Positions 10,539-23,030 of a stretch of DNA of 64,000 nucleotides are shown here, one piece after another. The stretch is from Nemertoderma westbladi (lineage: Eukaryota; Animalia; Xenacoelomorpha). The position numbers were made by a program, and so were the translations under genes. Location of the stretch: NCBI GenBank assembly GCA_032718475.1, contig JAUCBJ010001948.1, positions 52,999-116,998 of the forward strand, read 5' to 3'. The stretch's first letter is position 1. Every line of letters starts with the position of its first letter. The notes below the pieces were generated by a model, which did no database searches, was not told the origin of the DNA, and saw nothing but the letters and a program-made list of their open reading frames with translations.

Positions 10539-11702
10539 TGTAAAAGCTTTTGCGGATATACTCAGTCCCCGTCGCCCGCAAAGTACCGTTATAGGTGTTT
10601 TAACGGACATAAAAGTCATTCTTCTGTATGTGTGCTTTGGCGGACATGGTAAGGCAAAAAACCCGCAAATGCGTCAAATACCCTGGCACAGCTTAGCCTT
10701 GATGATTCAGATTACGACATATAACAGCTGGTTGCTGACATGGAAACGGCCATTGGACACATGGTTCTTTGTTTAGCTTAACAGCCAATCAGAGCGATTT
10801 TTTCTGTCGATGTGGAGATATTTGGCCGATCGTGCTAGGAGTGTTCAGTCTTACTGTTTTTTCTTGATACTGTTGTGTTGTTTCTATCTAGGCCAGGAAC
10901 ACCGGCTCTAGAGTCAATTCGTTTCAGACTTTAGAAGAAACATTAGTAGGCTTAAGATTATAGAGCGTATAACTGTTATCAGTTCATATCATAACTTAAC
11001 ATACCGTCTTAATGCTTTTTACTGTTGTCATATTTTGTATCAGTTGGTTGAATATTATTTGGAGAACATCTATAAAGAACCCAAATTTCCCAATTTTCTT
11101 GATACACTACAGGTTAGAGAGACAGGTTACATATAGCGATTGCGACTTATATTATTGTGGTTTGTAGTGAATTCAATGCTATTTGATAAGCACTACATGA
11201 GTCAGTTGCTGTTCTCTTTATATATGATAAAATTCATTGACGGTCGGCAAATTAGTGAGCAGTATTGTGTGTTACCGGTAGTGTGCATGATTGTGACTGA
11301 TAACTAAGCATTTCCTAAAGAATGCGCCTCATACGTGAATCATAAGCCTTACCGACTTACCGTTGTGATTAGTATAAGTCATATCTCTGTTTACCTAGAT
11401 AGAGCGCCACGTCCTAAAGGAACTGTTAATATTTCCCGAAAGTGAATAATATTGGTCAGAAATTATTTATTAACGATCAATCGAATAATACAGTAAGCTT
11501 ACACTGCAATAATAATCTAAGCCCTCAGAATCCAGTCTCCCGGGTATATCCAGCGGGTGAATGGACGCGCACTAGGCTGGCTTCTGCTAATGTTGTGTTT
11601 ATTGGTATTAAATATTTGTCAACTTCTAAAGTCTATTTATAAACCAAAAGACATATAAATTTTGGCAGGTTAAACTGCTAAAGGTCTTCAAAAGCGCGTA
11701 CA
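10539..11702 (+). repeat. 3' LTR of element 1 (1164 bp)
   Basis: TG...CA termini, preceded by PPT-like GGGAGCGG; matches 1-1097. Confidence 0.93.
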
Positions 11703-13847
11703 CCCCTGTAGAGGAGGTGGAAAATGTATACCACAATCTACAAGCAGCTACTGATGGAGTGGATCACCATGCATTCTTAACATTCCTGGGAAAATTAATG
11801 CAAGTCTACATCAATCACCAGCATCGTACTGGGTCTATAGCAATAGTGCTAACCGAAATTCCGTCCATCTTCAGGATTTTATCTCTGGAAATGTATTGTT
11901 GTCGTCTGGAACCCAGTTCAAGAAGCGAACTGGAAAGCTATGGACTCATGGTGGACCCAGTGGTCACATGTCCCAGATAGACCATATTCTGTTTCGAAGG
12001 AAATACAGGAGAGCTATACAAGACTGTAATGCATTTACACTTCGACCCTTCTCAAGTGATCACCGCCTTATTGTGGCCAAGGTAAGACTTAGTCTGCGTG
12101 CTAGCAGAACAACGAAATCTGCCTTGCCGCGGCATGACTGGTCCTCTCTGTTGCAACAGCCAAGTGTGAGATCCAGCTTCACACTACAGCTGAGCAACAG
12201 GTATGAGGCTCTTGCCTCTGAGGCGGCAGATCACTGTGAGGGCTATACTGCCTCTACAGAAGCAGTTAAGTTAGCAGCTGCAGAGGCAGTTCCTGTATAC
12301 CCTCGAAACAGGAAAAGGGCCCCCTGGACTGACACCAAAATTCAGAAGTGCCGAAATGACCTCTATAAGGCGCAGAAAGAGTCCCGACTCAAACAGACTA
12401 CAGCGGCCAAGAATGCAGTTAAGGCTGCATCTAGGTCCCTGAACAGGCAGTACTCTGTCAATCTACAGGAGCTAAGAAACCAACAGGTTCATGCCATCAA
12501 TGATGCTGACGACAGCAGGCAATCATTGCGGCAAAGCTATACAATAGAATTCTATTAAATCGTATCAGGGATCCCATTAAGAGACTGCTCCATGGAAATC
12601 AGAATGGGTTCCGTAAAGATCCATGGTTCCATGGAGCCCATTTTGGCACTTAGAAGGATAATTGAAGAGTTCTCAAAAAAGAAAGACAGGCATCTGGCTG
12701 TTATCTTTGTTGACTTCTTCAAGGCCTTTGATTCAGTCTCTCGCTCACGTATGTTCAGCATACTTTCATTATATGGGATTCCTGATGAAATTATTGCAGC
12801 AATCAGATCAGTATATGATGGTTCGACAACATTTGTGTCTACTGTTGACGATTACACAGAACCATTTGAAGTGTTTATGGGGCGTCCTCCAGGGAGACAC
12901 ACTTGCACCATTCTTGTTCATAATTGTGGTTGACTATGTTCTACGCATGTCCTTAGATCATCATAATGATGATGGGGTCATGATAACTCCACCTACTGGC
13001 TCCAGAAGTCGAGGAAATCCTGCCAAGTACCTAACTGATCTAGATTTTGCTGATGACTTAGGAGTACTCTCAGAATCACTAGAGGGAGCCCAACGGTTGC
13101 TCAGCTCATTAGAACATGCTGCTTCTAGTGTTGGTCTTTTTATTAACTCCAGAAAGACCAACATTTTGACAGTTAACTTTGAAAGTCCTCAGCAAGTCTC
13201 TGATCGGATGAGCATAAGCTCAAAGGATGGTATGCTTGAGCATGTGGACGACTTCTGTTACCTGGGATCATGGATCCGGAAGACAGGTGAGGACCTTCGA
13301 ATACGTAAGGGAAAAGCATGGGCAGCCTTGAATAGGCTCTCCAGGATTTGGAAGTCACCGAGAATTAATCGGAAACTTAAGGTCCGATTATTTAGAGCAG
13401 CAGTAGTTCCAGTACTCCTCTATGGGAGTCCATGCTGGGCTCTACCTGCTGAGGACACCAAATCTCTGTATGGCACATTCACAAGAATGCTACGCCGGGT
13501 TCATTGTGTCAAGTACAATGCACACATCTCCAACCAGACACTATATAACATTGGAGGTGTCTCATTGGTTCCCCCAAGCTTGACACTAGTACAAAATCGC
13601 CTCCGCTTTGCAGGACATTGCCAGTGCATAATCTTGTACTTTGGCAGCCTCATGGAGTGAATAAGCATGGTGGACAGCCCATGACTTTCTTGAGACGCAT
13701 CTTAAAGGACACTGGCCTTAAAGATGCGGATGATCTAGCAAATGTCATGGGTGATAGGAAGTTGTGGCGGCGCAATTTTGTCGACAAGCCGGCACAGCAT
13801 TCTTAAAAATGCAGCTGCAATGCAGCAGGCCGATCCTAGTAGTAGTT
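11703..13847 (+). mobile_element. Non-LTR retrotransposon (RTE-like LINE) remnant, frameshifted, interrupted at its 5' side by element 1
   Basis: APE endonuclease motifs (QIDHIL, SDH) and RT motifs (FVDFFKAFDSV, GVLQGDTLAP, DFADD, YLGS) spread over ORFs 11896-13806; ends in a short (TAG)n tail. Confidence 0.88.
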
Positions 13848-13850
13848 GAG

Positions 13851-16800
13851 TGTCAGTGATTTATCACGCGGTGCTCAAATTAAAATTATCTGCCCCACTA
13901 TTCTAGAACGTTTGGACTGAACACCAGTTTTTTTTGTGAAAAACTATTTTGGCCGACCTGTAAGTCGGTAAGTTGGGAGTTGCTCAGGATTTAATCCTCA
14001 TCACATAGCCTGCCTGGACCAGGGCCTTGGTATAACTTGGCGGACAAACCTTGGCCGATTATATTCCTCCACCGGGAGGTAGTTGTAGGGCTCACACCCA
14101 AAGACATGCTGGGGGTATATTAGTCTTACCCAACTTCATAATATTTTACGACAAAAGGAAAAATTACATTAATATTTTCTTTGAAAATTTCCTAGCTCTG
14201 GAGATATTCCAGTGCCGGCTATTTCAGACCAACCTCTCGACCTCAGTTGAGACCAGTAAGTTCCTAGTAGCGTGGGAACCGAAGAGGAACGTGGGTAACA
14301 AGCCACACTTGGTGCCACCAACGAACTTTTTTCAAAGGTAAATTTTCAGAAAGTGTTAATTCCTACCTATAGAACAGTTGATCCTAAGTACAAAGTACTA
14401 CCCTAATTAAGAGCAAAATTCAATATTCGGTTGGGCCCCTGTAATTAAGCCAGCCCGATAAAATTAATAAAGAGTTGATCCTCCGGATAGGGTCGAATAT
14501 GTCCGACGTGACGCACTCGTTGACGGACCCTGACCTGAGACCTATCAACCAATCGCGGACCATGCGGAACACAATGACAACTACAGCGCATCCCGTGGAG
14601 GAACCACCCACTTCAACCCGGGTTGATGGAACCCCAATAGCGTCTTCCCGACACTCTGGATTACGATCCATGAGGGCGAGGCACCCGCTTGCCCCCTCCT
14701 ACAAACCCAAACGCGACGACTCCCATCCACAGGGGGTTACGGTATCCCCCAGCGTGAGTCGATCCTCCAGACACACCGACAACATTCCCGGTGACGACAA
14801 TCCGATTCATCCAAACCAACAAATCGCAGTGATGAGAAGAGCTTCAGAGATAGCTCGCTCTCCAATTGTTACACGACGCCATTCAGAACAACCCTCAAAT
14901 GTAGAACGGACAGGGATCACCATGGCAACATGAAACTGGGCAATTGGACAGTATAAAGCCCTTTTAACACGCGCGGGTAAAGAGGTAAATTATAGGATCC
15001 AACAAGAGACTCGGGATGGACCTCGAGCCGAAGAAATACAGTGAAGGATGAATCGACAAAGAAATGAATGTATGAATCAACAATCGATGAGATTTGTTGA
15101 TAAGAGACGGAGGTCGGTCAGAAGATTTCTGAGAGAATGATTATATATCTCCCCAATACATGGAAAAATTCACAAAGACACAGGAGAAAATTACCTTTCA
15201 CCTTCTATTCATGTCGGGAAATGAAGACCAACTAATGAGAGGAACTTCCCCATTAACTGAAATTCCTGCCACGACCCGACATTCCGCTCCCCGTAAGGTC
15301 CTAATATTTGAGACGGATGTTGTTCAATCAAGTCATGATGTACAACAAATGACGGCCCCTGTTAATCCCAATCATCAGTGGCTCAGGAACTCGACAACTC
15401 ATGAAGATTCCCCACAAATGAGTTGGGATTACCTAGACCCCTCCAATAAGAGTGTTCCAATGCAGAGACGTACTCCAGCACGAGCAACACTGACGGCGAG
15501 TGTGCTACAAAGACTTCCCCGGGAAAGTCCCAACCTCCGCACAAGTAATTATTGTCAAACTGTAATTTCATCAATTGGACAAGAATTTACCACCGGCCTT
15601 ACGAATTATACTCAACATGTTCCCTTGTTCCATCTATGATGTCCACTGGGTCACCCAGGTTGGACCATTCCCGGACCTTAAGAGTTTCTTCAAGATCGAG
15701 AATGTCGGAATCCAATCGCACTCTGAGTCAGAAAATGAGAATCCTACAATGTACTCAGGAACAAGAACAAACCAGAAAACTCAGAGAATAAGAGGCCCGA
15801 AGGTACGCTGAAATATTGGACAGCCAAAACAAAAAATTAAAACTACAAGCTGAACAACAAAAATCTGAAACTAGACGTAAAACAAAAGATCAGAGGCTAG
15901 AAATAAATAAACATAAGCTGGAGATGGAACATCAAGCTGAACGGAAAATATTGGAAATGGAATGCCAAGCGAAACAAAAAAGATTGGAAATGGAACGCCA
16001 AGTGGAACAAGATATTCTGGAAATAAAGCGTAAGGAAAAACAACTGCGCTTGGAGGAAGAATATCAGAAAGAACAGGATGATTTCCAACTGGAAGAACAA
16101 CTAAGAACAGCGGAACAACAAAGAATAGACTGGGCGCTTCAATTGCGTCACAAGGAAAGGGAACTTGTCTATAACGCTCAACCCTTACGTGATACACAAG
16201 TTGCTACATAGTATAGAGTTTGTATGGAGGAAGCCGAGGTTAAAAGAAGTGAAGGAGAAGATGTTACAGAACCTACTACTGTATACCGAACATACCTCTA
16301 ATAGACACTAGCAGCTTTCTAGATCGACCTGAACACAAACCTATTAAAGTTGAGTCACCACACGTCTCAAAAACACAACAAAGAAAACCCTTGCAGATGA
16401 ATGTGTAGAACCGATATCTAAATCTCTTATTAATGAATCGACGAGTAATGATAATGATAATTAACAGGCGGGACAGGTTTCTGAAGGTGCAGGACCTACC
16501 TTCCCTCCCTCACAGGAGGGGCTGGAAGGTTTACTGCTCAGTTTCTGTCAACAAAGAACCACCAAAGATAACAAATGAACAGTTAGTGTAGGCTCTACGT
16601 ATAATCAACAACGCAAGTAAAGAGGCGATCAACAAGGAGAAGACACCAGCTCGACATGTAACACCCAAACCACGTCGATCCACACGCCGGTATCTCAGTA
16701 TGAGAACGGATTCTGAAGACTCCAGAGGCGAGCAGCGGAAACTCCTCCTCCTCAAAAAGTTGACCCAGAATTAGAAAACTTGAAAACTAACTTCAAAGAG

Positions 16801-18010
16801 TTATCTGAAACAGTTCAAAATTTAACACAAACCCTAAAGACTCCGCGCCAAGAAACAAAGGCGAAACGATCAGAGCACTCAGTCAACATCAGACCTCCTA
16901 GCGCGACTCCATCAGACGAATTGCCGTGTGTCTCGTCAATATATAAAGTCAAAGACAATTCACATTACAAAGCGTACTACAATGGTGGAAGCAAGTCGCC
17001 AATGAACCGTCCTCACACAAGAGTCCCATTGTCATCTCATCCTCAAGACGTCTGATTCTACCTCGGACACCCATTACCGGACCGGACCACTATATCAACG
17101 GACCGCTATATACTAGGGTGTTTCAAAAAAACTTTTTTGTGACGATTGATCGCAAAATCTGCGATGCTGTGAAAATCTGTAGACAGTTTGGATCCTGAAA
17201 ATCTTGAAATAATTTTTGCGAAATATTTTAGGATTAGTTTTTGTTTTTATTATAACATTTTATTTTCACTAACACAATTTAATTTGAACCAAAAAATGTG
17301 TTTGTCCCTTCACCTTAGGAATTAACATAAAGTTACATTATTACACTTGCGATTCCATTCGCCAATCCCAATTATATCCATATTGGGCCTACTGAACTGT
17401 GACTGTACCACCCTTATATTTCAACTCATATAATTAATTTTTGTGTAAATAACTTCACATTAACAAGATTAACTAGATAAACTACTTGATGGCTGGATAT
17501 AATAGATCTAAAATAACACCTAAAATATGACAACTGAAAAGTTAATATGTGACAATTTTTCAGAATTTTCCAGTTTTTGAAAAAAAAGTGAGTGTATCTG
17601 TACCACCCATATTCATCAACTCAATCAAAAGATTTTCCTAAGTAAATCTTCACAACCACCATATGATTAACTTAAACTACTTGAGGACTGAAATTTTCAC
17701 ATATGAAAATTTCAGGTAGAAGTGCAAAAAAAGTAGGTGCGGTGCCAATCTTTAATATTTTGGGTCTGATGTACCACCCCTTAGGTATAATATTTTTTGA
17801 AAAAAATTTGTATATAATGTTTTGAGGTGAAATGCAATGGGAAAATTCACTTGAGCAATGAAAATAAGAAAAAAGTGTTTTTTTGAAACACCCTACTATA
17901 CACCCGGTAGAGCGTGTCCTGAGGGGCCACCGAACAAACCAGACGACCCGTTCAATGGTGATGACAATGATAAACCCCCGAGGAAACGGGGTTAGAAAAA
18001 GCACTCCCCC
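13851..18010 (+). mobile_element. Degenerate gag-like retroelement remnant (possible LTR ~13851-14307, PBS-like TGGTGCCACC at 14310)
   Basis: Series of broken same-strand low-complexity S/P/R-rich and coiled-coil ORFs (14475-17055) that resume after the MITE at 17899. No diagnostic catalytic motif seen. Confidence 0.35.
17113..17896. mobile_element. Tc1/mariner-type MITE
   Basis: TIR TAGGGTGTTTCAAAAAA ... TTTTTTGAAACACCCTA, flanked by TA on both sides; non-coding AT-rich interior. Confidence 0.8.
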
Positions 18011-18160
18011 TGTAAGCTGATCCTATATTGTTAACGATAATGACGGGTAAATTTAGAGTGTTTTACCACATGCATAGGGAAATCAACTATCTGACAGTCA
18101 AGAAATCGCCAAATTTGGAATGTGAACATAAAAAGGACATAAAAAGTCATTACAACTAGA

Positions 18161-18890
18161 CAGTGGCGGATCTAAGGGGGGGGCTAAGGGGCTTTAGCCC
18201 CCCCCTTTTAAAAAAATACATAAGTAATGATAAAGAAAATTTTTACTGATTTATACAGTAGCACAGTTCCAATAAGCTGCCCTTTGAGAAAAGGGTCATT
18301 TTTATATTCTCTTTTTTGAAAAAGTACTCTCAGGCAAGGTAAAATTTGTCAAAGTTACATTAGCAGCCCGACCAGATTGGATTCACATAATCCCATGCCT
18401 CCTGTGGTCTAAGAAAAAGTAATAAACCTTCTCCACCTTCTGATCTCTACTGTAGTTAGCCCCAGCCTCTTTACAAATAAATCCCCCCAGTCTTCCATCC
18501 CATGATACTTGATTTTTTACTAGCTAGTAATTTTTGGAAATTATTTTGGTCATTAATATATTCTTCAATGAAATGAATAATTTCTAAAAATACTAGCTAG
18601 CAAAAAGATTATTAATTTAGAAATTTTCACTATGCCTAGCTAGCGTATTCAGATAGTGGTCCAATAATTATCCGCAAGTGAAAAAGTGATCTCCTGCACA
18701 AATTGACCGCAGGTGAAATAAAGTGTCATTTTGCGCCCATTAATTTACTCATTGTATCATATCATCTATTACAATAAATGTCTGATTTTGTTTGTTTTGG
18801 TTATATTTTAATATTTATAATTAAATACATTTGATTGTTACTATGAAAAATTTTAAGCCCCCCCTTAAGAAATTCCTGGATCCGCCCCTG
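18161..18890. mobile_element. hAT-type MITE
   Basis: TIR CAGTGGCGGATC ... GATCCGCCCCTG with perfect 8-bp TSD CAACTAGA (18153-18160, 18891-18898). Confidence 0.88.
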
Positions 18891-19435
18891 CAACTAGAAA
18901 GCCAGCAAGACCTTCCATAGATAAACGTTGTGTAGTTGGGTCCCGCCCCAAGTTTGAGAGAAAGTATTACAGTACCAGCCCCTACATGTCATTATTATTA
19001 ACCTATAAAACATTTGAACAACCCAGTGCTTAAAATTCAAGCAGCGGGCCTCTCACCTAACATAGCATTGAATAATCATATAGCATTCACTTGGAAGAGA
19101 TATTCAGCTGGCGGGGTAATACAGTACAGTAGTACAGCGGGGTAGTACATTTGACTAACAGTTGATGTTTGCTTACTGTCTGGAATAGAATGAGATAGTA
19201 AAAACTTGGCAAGTAATATACTTTTCTGCAGTTTGTGCGTTTTGAGTTCCCATGAGTACCAGCAGCTGGTATTTCTATCATTCAGTCTATGGCAACTAAA
19301 TCAGTCATTGAGGGCTATAGCGCCTAGGGCACCATTGAAGGCAAAGGCTTGATACGCATCTACATTAGAGATGATACAAGCCCCGCCCTGTCTATACTGG
19401 ATGCTCCTCTACCAGTGTTAGGTAACCTATATCCT

Positions 19436-19665
19436 ATATCAGCTGATAGATGTCGTCATCTGAACTACACTGTATCAAGAGTATTTTGGCGTATTGTGAC
19501 ATAAAATCGCTAGTTATGTCCGCTAAAGTACACATACAGAAGAAATGGCTTTTTATGTCCACTAAAACACCTGTACAGTAAGGAAACGGCTTTTTATGTC
19601 CGCTAAAACACCTACAGAGTACTTTGCGGGGAAAATAACTAGCTAGATCCGCAAAAGCTTTTACA
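19436..19665 (-). repeat. Truncated 3' LTR of element 2 (first 230 bp only)
   Basis: Matches 36965-37194 with two mismatches seen; preceded on the minus strand by PPT-like GGGAGCGG. Confidence 0.88.
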
Positions 19666-19742
19666 CCGCTCCCAGAAAATGGGATTTAATTCTATAAAAT
19701 ATAAAAATCACAGTTTCTAAAATATAAAAATACTCTAAACAG

Positions 19743-21289
19743 TTAGTCTTTCTTGCGCGGACGGCGTTTACGCAGTTTTTTGAGGCTAGCAAGAGTCCTT
19801 TTCTCTTTGGGGCGAGCCACTTTACTAGGAGGGCTATAACTCCTGGGTGAAGGGTGCAATACAATTGCATCGCAAGGTTTAGAATTACGGTCGATGTATC
19901 CGCCGGTCGAGGTACCTGGTTGATCTATATCAACCTCAGTGGAACGAGGTCGAACAACCTTGAGAGCGCATTTTAAGACAGCAGCCCTTATTGGTCCCTG
20001 ACGATTCGTCTGCACAAGAGCGGTAGGTGGACCATGTGTAGTGAGAAATTTCCTCGGTTTGATGATTCTTTTCAACTCGCGTTCTCGGGCTCTATGTGAA
20101 TCGATATGCTTCTCCTCGAGCTGATTTTCCTCCGCTTGTTGTTGGAAGCATTCGTCTAAAACTCTTTTAGAGTAGAGTCGTCCAAGTTCGATATCTTCTT
20201 GGAGATTCTGGATTTCCTGATCGAACTGAGATAAAGCTAATTCGTTTACCGCTTGGACTTGCTGCTGCAATTTACGTTTCTCTAAACAATTGTAGGTTCC
20301 TTTTCCGATCTTTTGACGAATAGTGTCCAACGCGTTTCGTACATCTCTCTCCTCCGCCTCGGTGACAGGTTGTATCGGGTTAAACAGGGACGATGATACG
20401 GTTGAATGGCGATATTAGATGTCCGCGTCCCAATCCGGCTAGGTAAGATGGGCGAATATCTAGGGAGCCCACAACCGGAGTGCTACCGACTAACTGTTCG
20501 GGTAACACTAGATCTTTGAACAGTGAGTACAATTCGGGAGGATCCGTGATACTATTAGAATCAAGAGTCTGAGGTCTAACTAGGGAATGAGGAGGTCTGA
20601 CCGAGTATTCCGGAACTCTGATCATATGTTTATTTAAGGATCATTTGAATCGAGCGCGCGTAGGTGATACATCGAACAAGTTTCGCTCGAAACTCCCGTA
20701 AATATAGCGAGTAAAACTGTGTTTAGAACAACGTCTCCGCGGATGTTTATGTCTTTCCGTGTGTTGGTTGGGTCTAGGGCATTCATCGTAATGATACCAA
20801 AGATGCACGTCTTGTAGGGGAAACGCGGGTGATATTTATTCGGTTTTACAATGTTTCTCTCAAGAATTAATATACGTTGGAGTTACCGCGTTTATCCGGT
20901 TCTTTAACGTCTTCTCTTTCGAGTCGATTTCGAATAGAATTTTCGCATTCGATTTTCAGTTTATCGTTCCGACTCCGCTGGGTAGGATATTTAAATAGTA
21001 CCATTTCCCTTTCGGTGTCGACATAGTCCGTATCGTGTAAATCGATAGGATGGCCAGTAGTTAAGAAGTCCATATACGTACCATTACGATGCGTATAGCG
21101 AGCGGTGAATTTTCTATAGTCCAATTCACGCGTAAGTTGCTCCTGGGACATCGGCGGTTCGATATAACGACCATCGTCCTCCGTAGTAGTTGGACTAACG
21201 TCGCCGCGTATCAAGCTATCAACCTACGCTGGTAAAGGTAGAGTATATCGCTCCCTGATACCAAGATCATCTTCTATCAACTCAGTCAT
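19743..21289 (-). pseudogene. Extra 3' ORF (ORF3) of element 2, disrupted; shared N/C termini with element 1 ORF3, different central module
   Basis: ATG at 21289 (MTELIEDDLGIRERYTLPL..) with an early TAG; pieces 20867-21214, 20380-20625 and 19743-20330 lie in different frames; C-terminus RARERELKR...KKLRKRRPRKKD. Confidence 0.72.
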
Positions 21290-23030
21290 AGCTGCTATAT
21301 GAGTTTATCAATATCATAATGAGTTTATAATAGTTTATAATTAGGCTAGCGGGCGTCGCTGCCTACCCCTCAAGGCCCCCGGACAGCGCAAGATCCTCAG
21401 CGCCGATGTACTTTCGCCGATGTGCCTATCGCCAACATAGTAGCTGCACAACGACCACAACAACCAGCGCAAGTCACTCCACTGTCCGTCCCAAGGGCTA
21501 AGATTTACTTCAGGTTATTACTGCAGAGTTAGGGCTACTTTCACAATTGCGACTCTCTACTGTAAACACACTTTAGTAGTAACATTCACCTATAAACGCA
21601 CAAATTCCACACAACTGTCACAAACCACACACATTCGGGCCATTTGTCCGTTAGTCAAGTGCCTTCCAGAATGCCACGTTATTATTAGGTATCCTTGGAC
21701 ACTAGCAGTGTGCTATTTATTCCTTATGCTATTCAATGGGGCAAGCCTTTATTGTTCTTTTAACTCACTTCTAATTCTAGCGTGGTTGTTGCCATGGTGA
21801 CATTATGGAAAGCTAGCAGTAGAATTGGGGTAATTCTCATGCATACAGATCTGGGATGCTATTTAATAGTAATTCTTTAATTGTCAATATTCCTCTTTAT
21901 ACATGATTTTATGAATTTTTTATCCGCTATTGACTATATATTGGAGATTCTCGCACACTAATATACTTAATAGGGTGAATCTCCGCTCCCATGATCTATT
22001 AATTAATGGAATTTTGGGAATGTTATAAATTGCATAAAAATGACAATTTATCAAATTCATTAAAAGATATGAATTTAAATTTATTCCCGTAAATTTTATT
22101 ATTTAATATTAAAATAGACACAATTTTATTCCAGAACATATCTGGGGACTGGGATCCTTGATTCTAGGAAATTTGTCCTTTTAAGAGTATCGGTAAGTGC
22201 TACGATATCTTAATTGACTAGAATTTTAAAGGATCTAAATTTTGACAGATTTTAATTTATAGATTCTCTAGAGTTAACTTGTAAGTAGTTACTCTATTGT
22301 ATTTGTTTGACAGATTTTATAAATATTAATAGTTAATATTTAAGATGGGCACCGGTTTATTCCAGAACATGTCTGGGGACGTTAACCATTGATTCTAGAA
22401 TTTTGTCTTTTAAGTATATCGGTGGGTGCCGCGATATCTTAATCGACTAGAATTACAGATGGTCAAAGGGTTTAACAGATTTATTTTGCGTTTTACGCTA
22501 CTGTTTAAGGGACATCACGCTACTATATGTATTATTTAATATATGGTATGAGAGCAATATCGCAAGAAGCAATGTCAGTGAGAAGAGGCAAGTCGTTTCC
22601 AAGGTCTACCCAGAGCTTGGTTTAGCCGAGACACGAGGATCTGAACTTTGCATTCCTAATACTCTACTTACCAATAATACTTGAATATAGTAGGAACTTT
22701 ATTGTACTTTAATAAGTACTGCTATTTCATCTTACTGTAGTCACGTATTTATAATGTAATATGGACAGTAAGGAAAGAGAAAAAGAATTATTTCTCTCCG
22801 TCGCACTAAATATATAATATATAAGTAATTAAGTAATAAACGCGAATATATATATGGCACTAATCTACTAAATAATCGCTAAAATAACATTCTACTAAAT
22901 AAAATTAAAGAAAACGATTATAATAAAATTACATAATAATACATACCTAAATATAAAATAATAAAGACAGATATAAAATAATATAGTCACACACCCACTC
23001 CAGACGCTGTCACTTTGGGGAGTCCCTAGA

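Larger units (their letters stand above)
1..11702 (+). mobile_element. Bel/Pao LTR retrotransposon, element 1 (non-autonomous: Gag-protease plus extra ORF, RT and IN deleted); 5' end lies just outside the window
   Basis: Direct repeat 1-1097 = 10606-11702 (offset 10605). The 3' LTR starts TGTAAAAG at 10539 after purine-rich GGGAGCGG and ends TACA at 11702. The internal ORF has Bel/Pao Gag (FNGD..W..F, triple CCHC) and LLDSGS protease. Confidence 0.93.
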
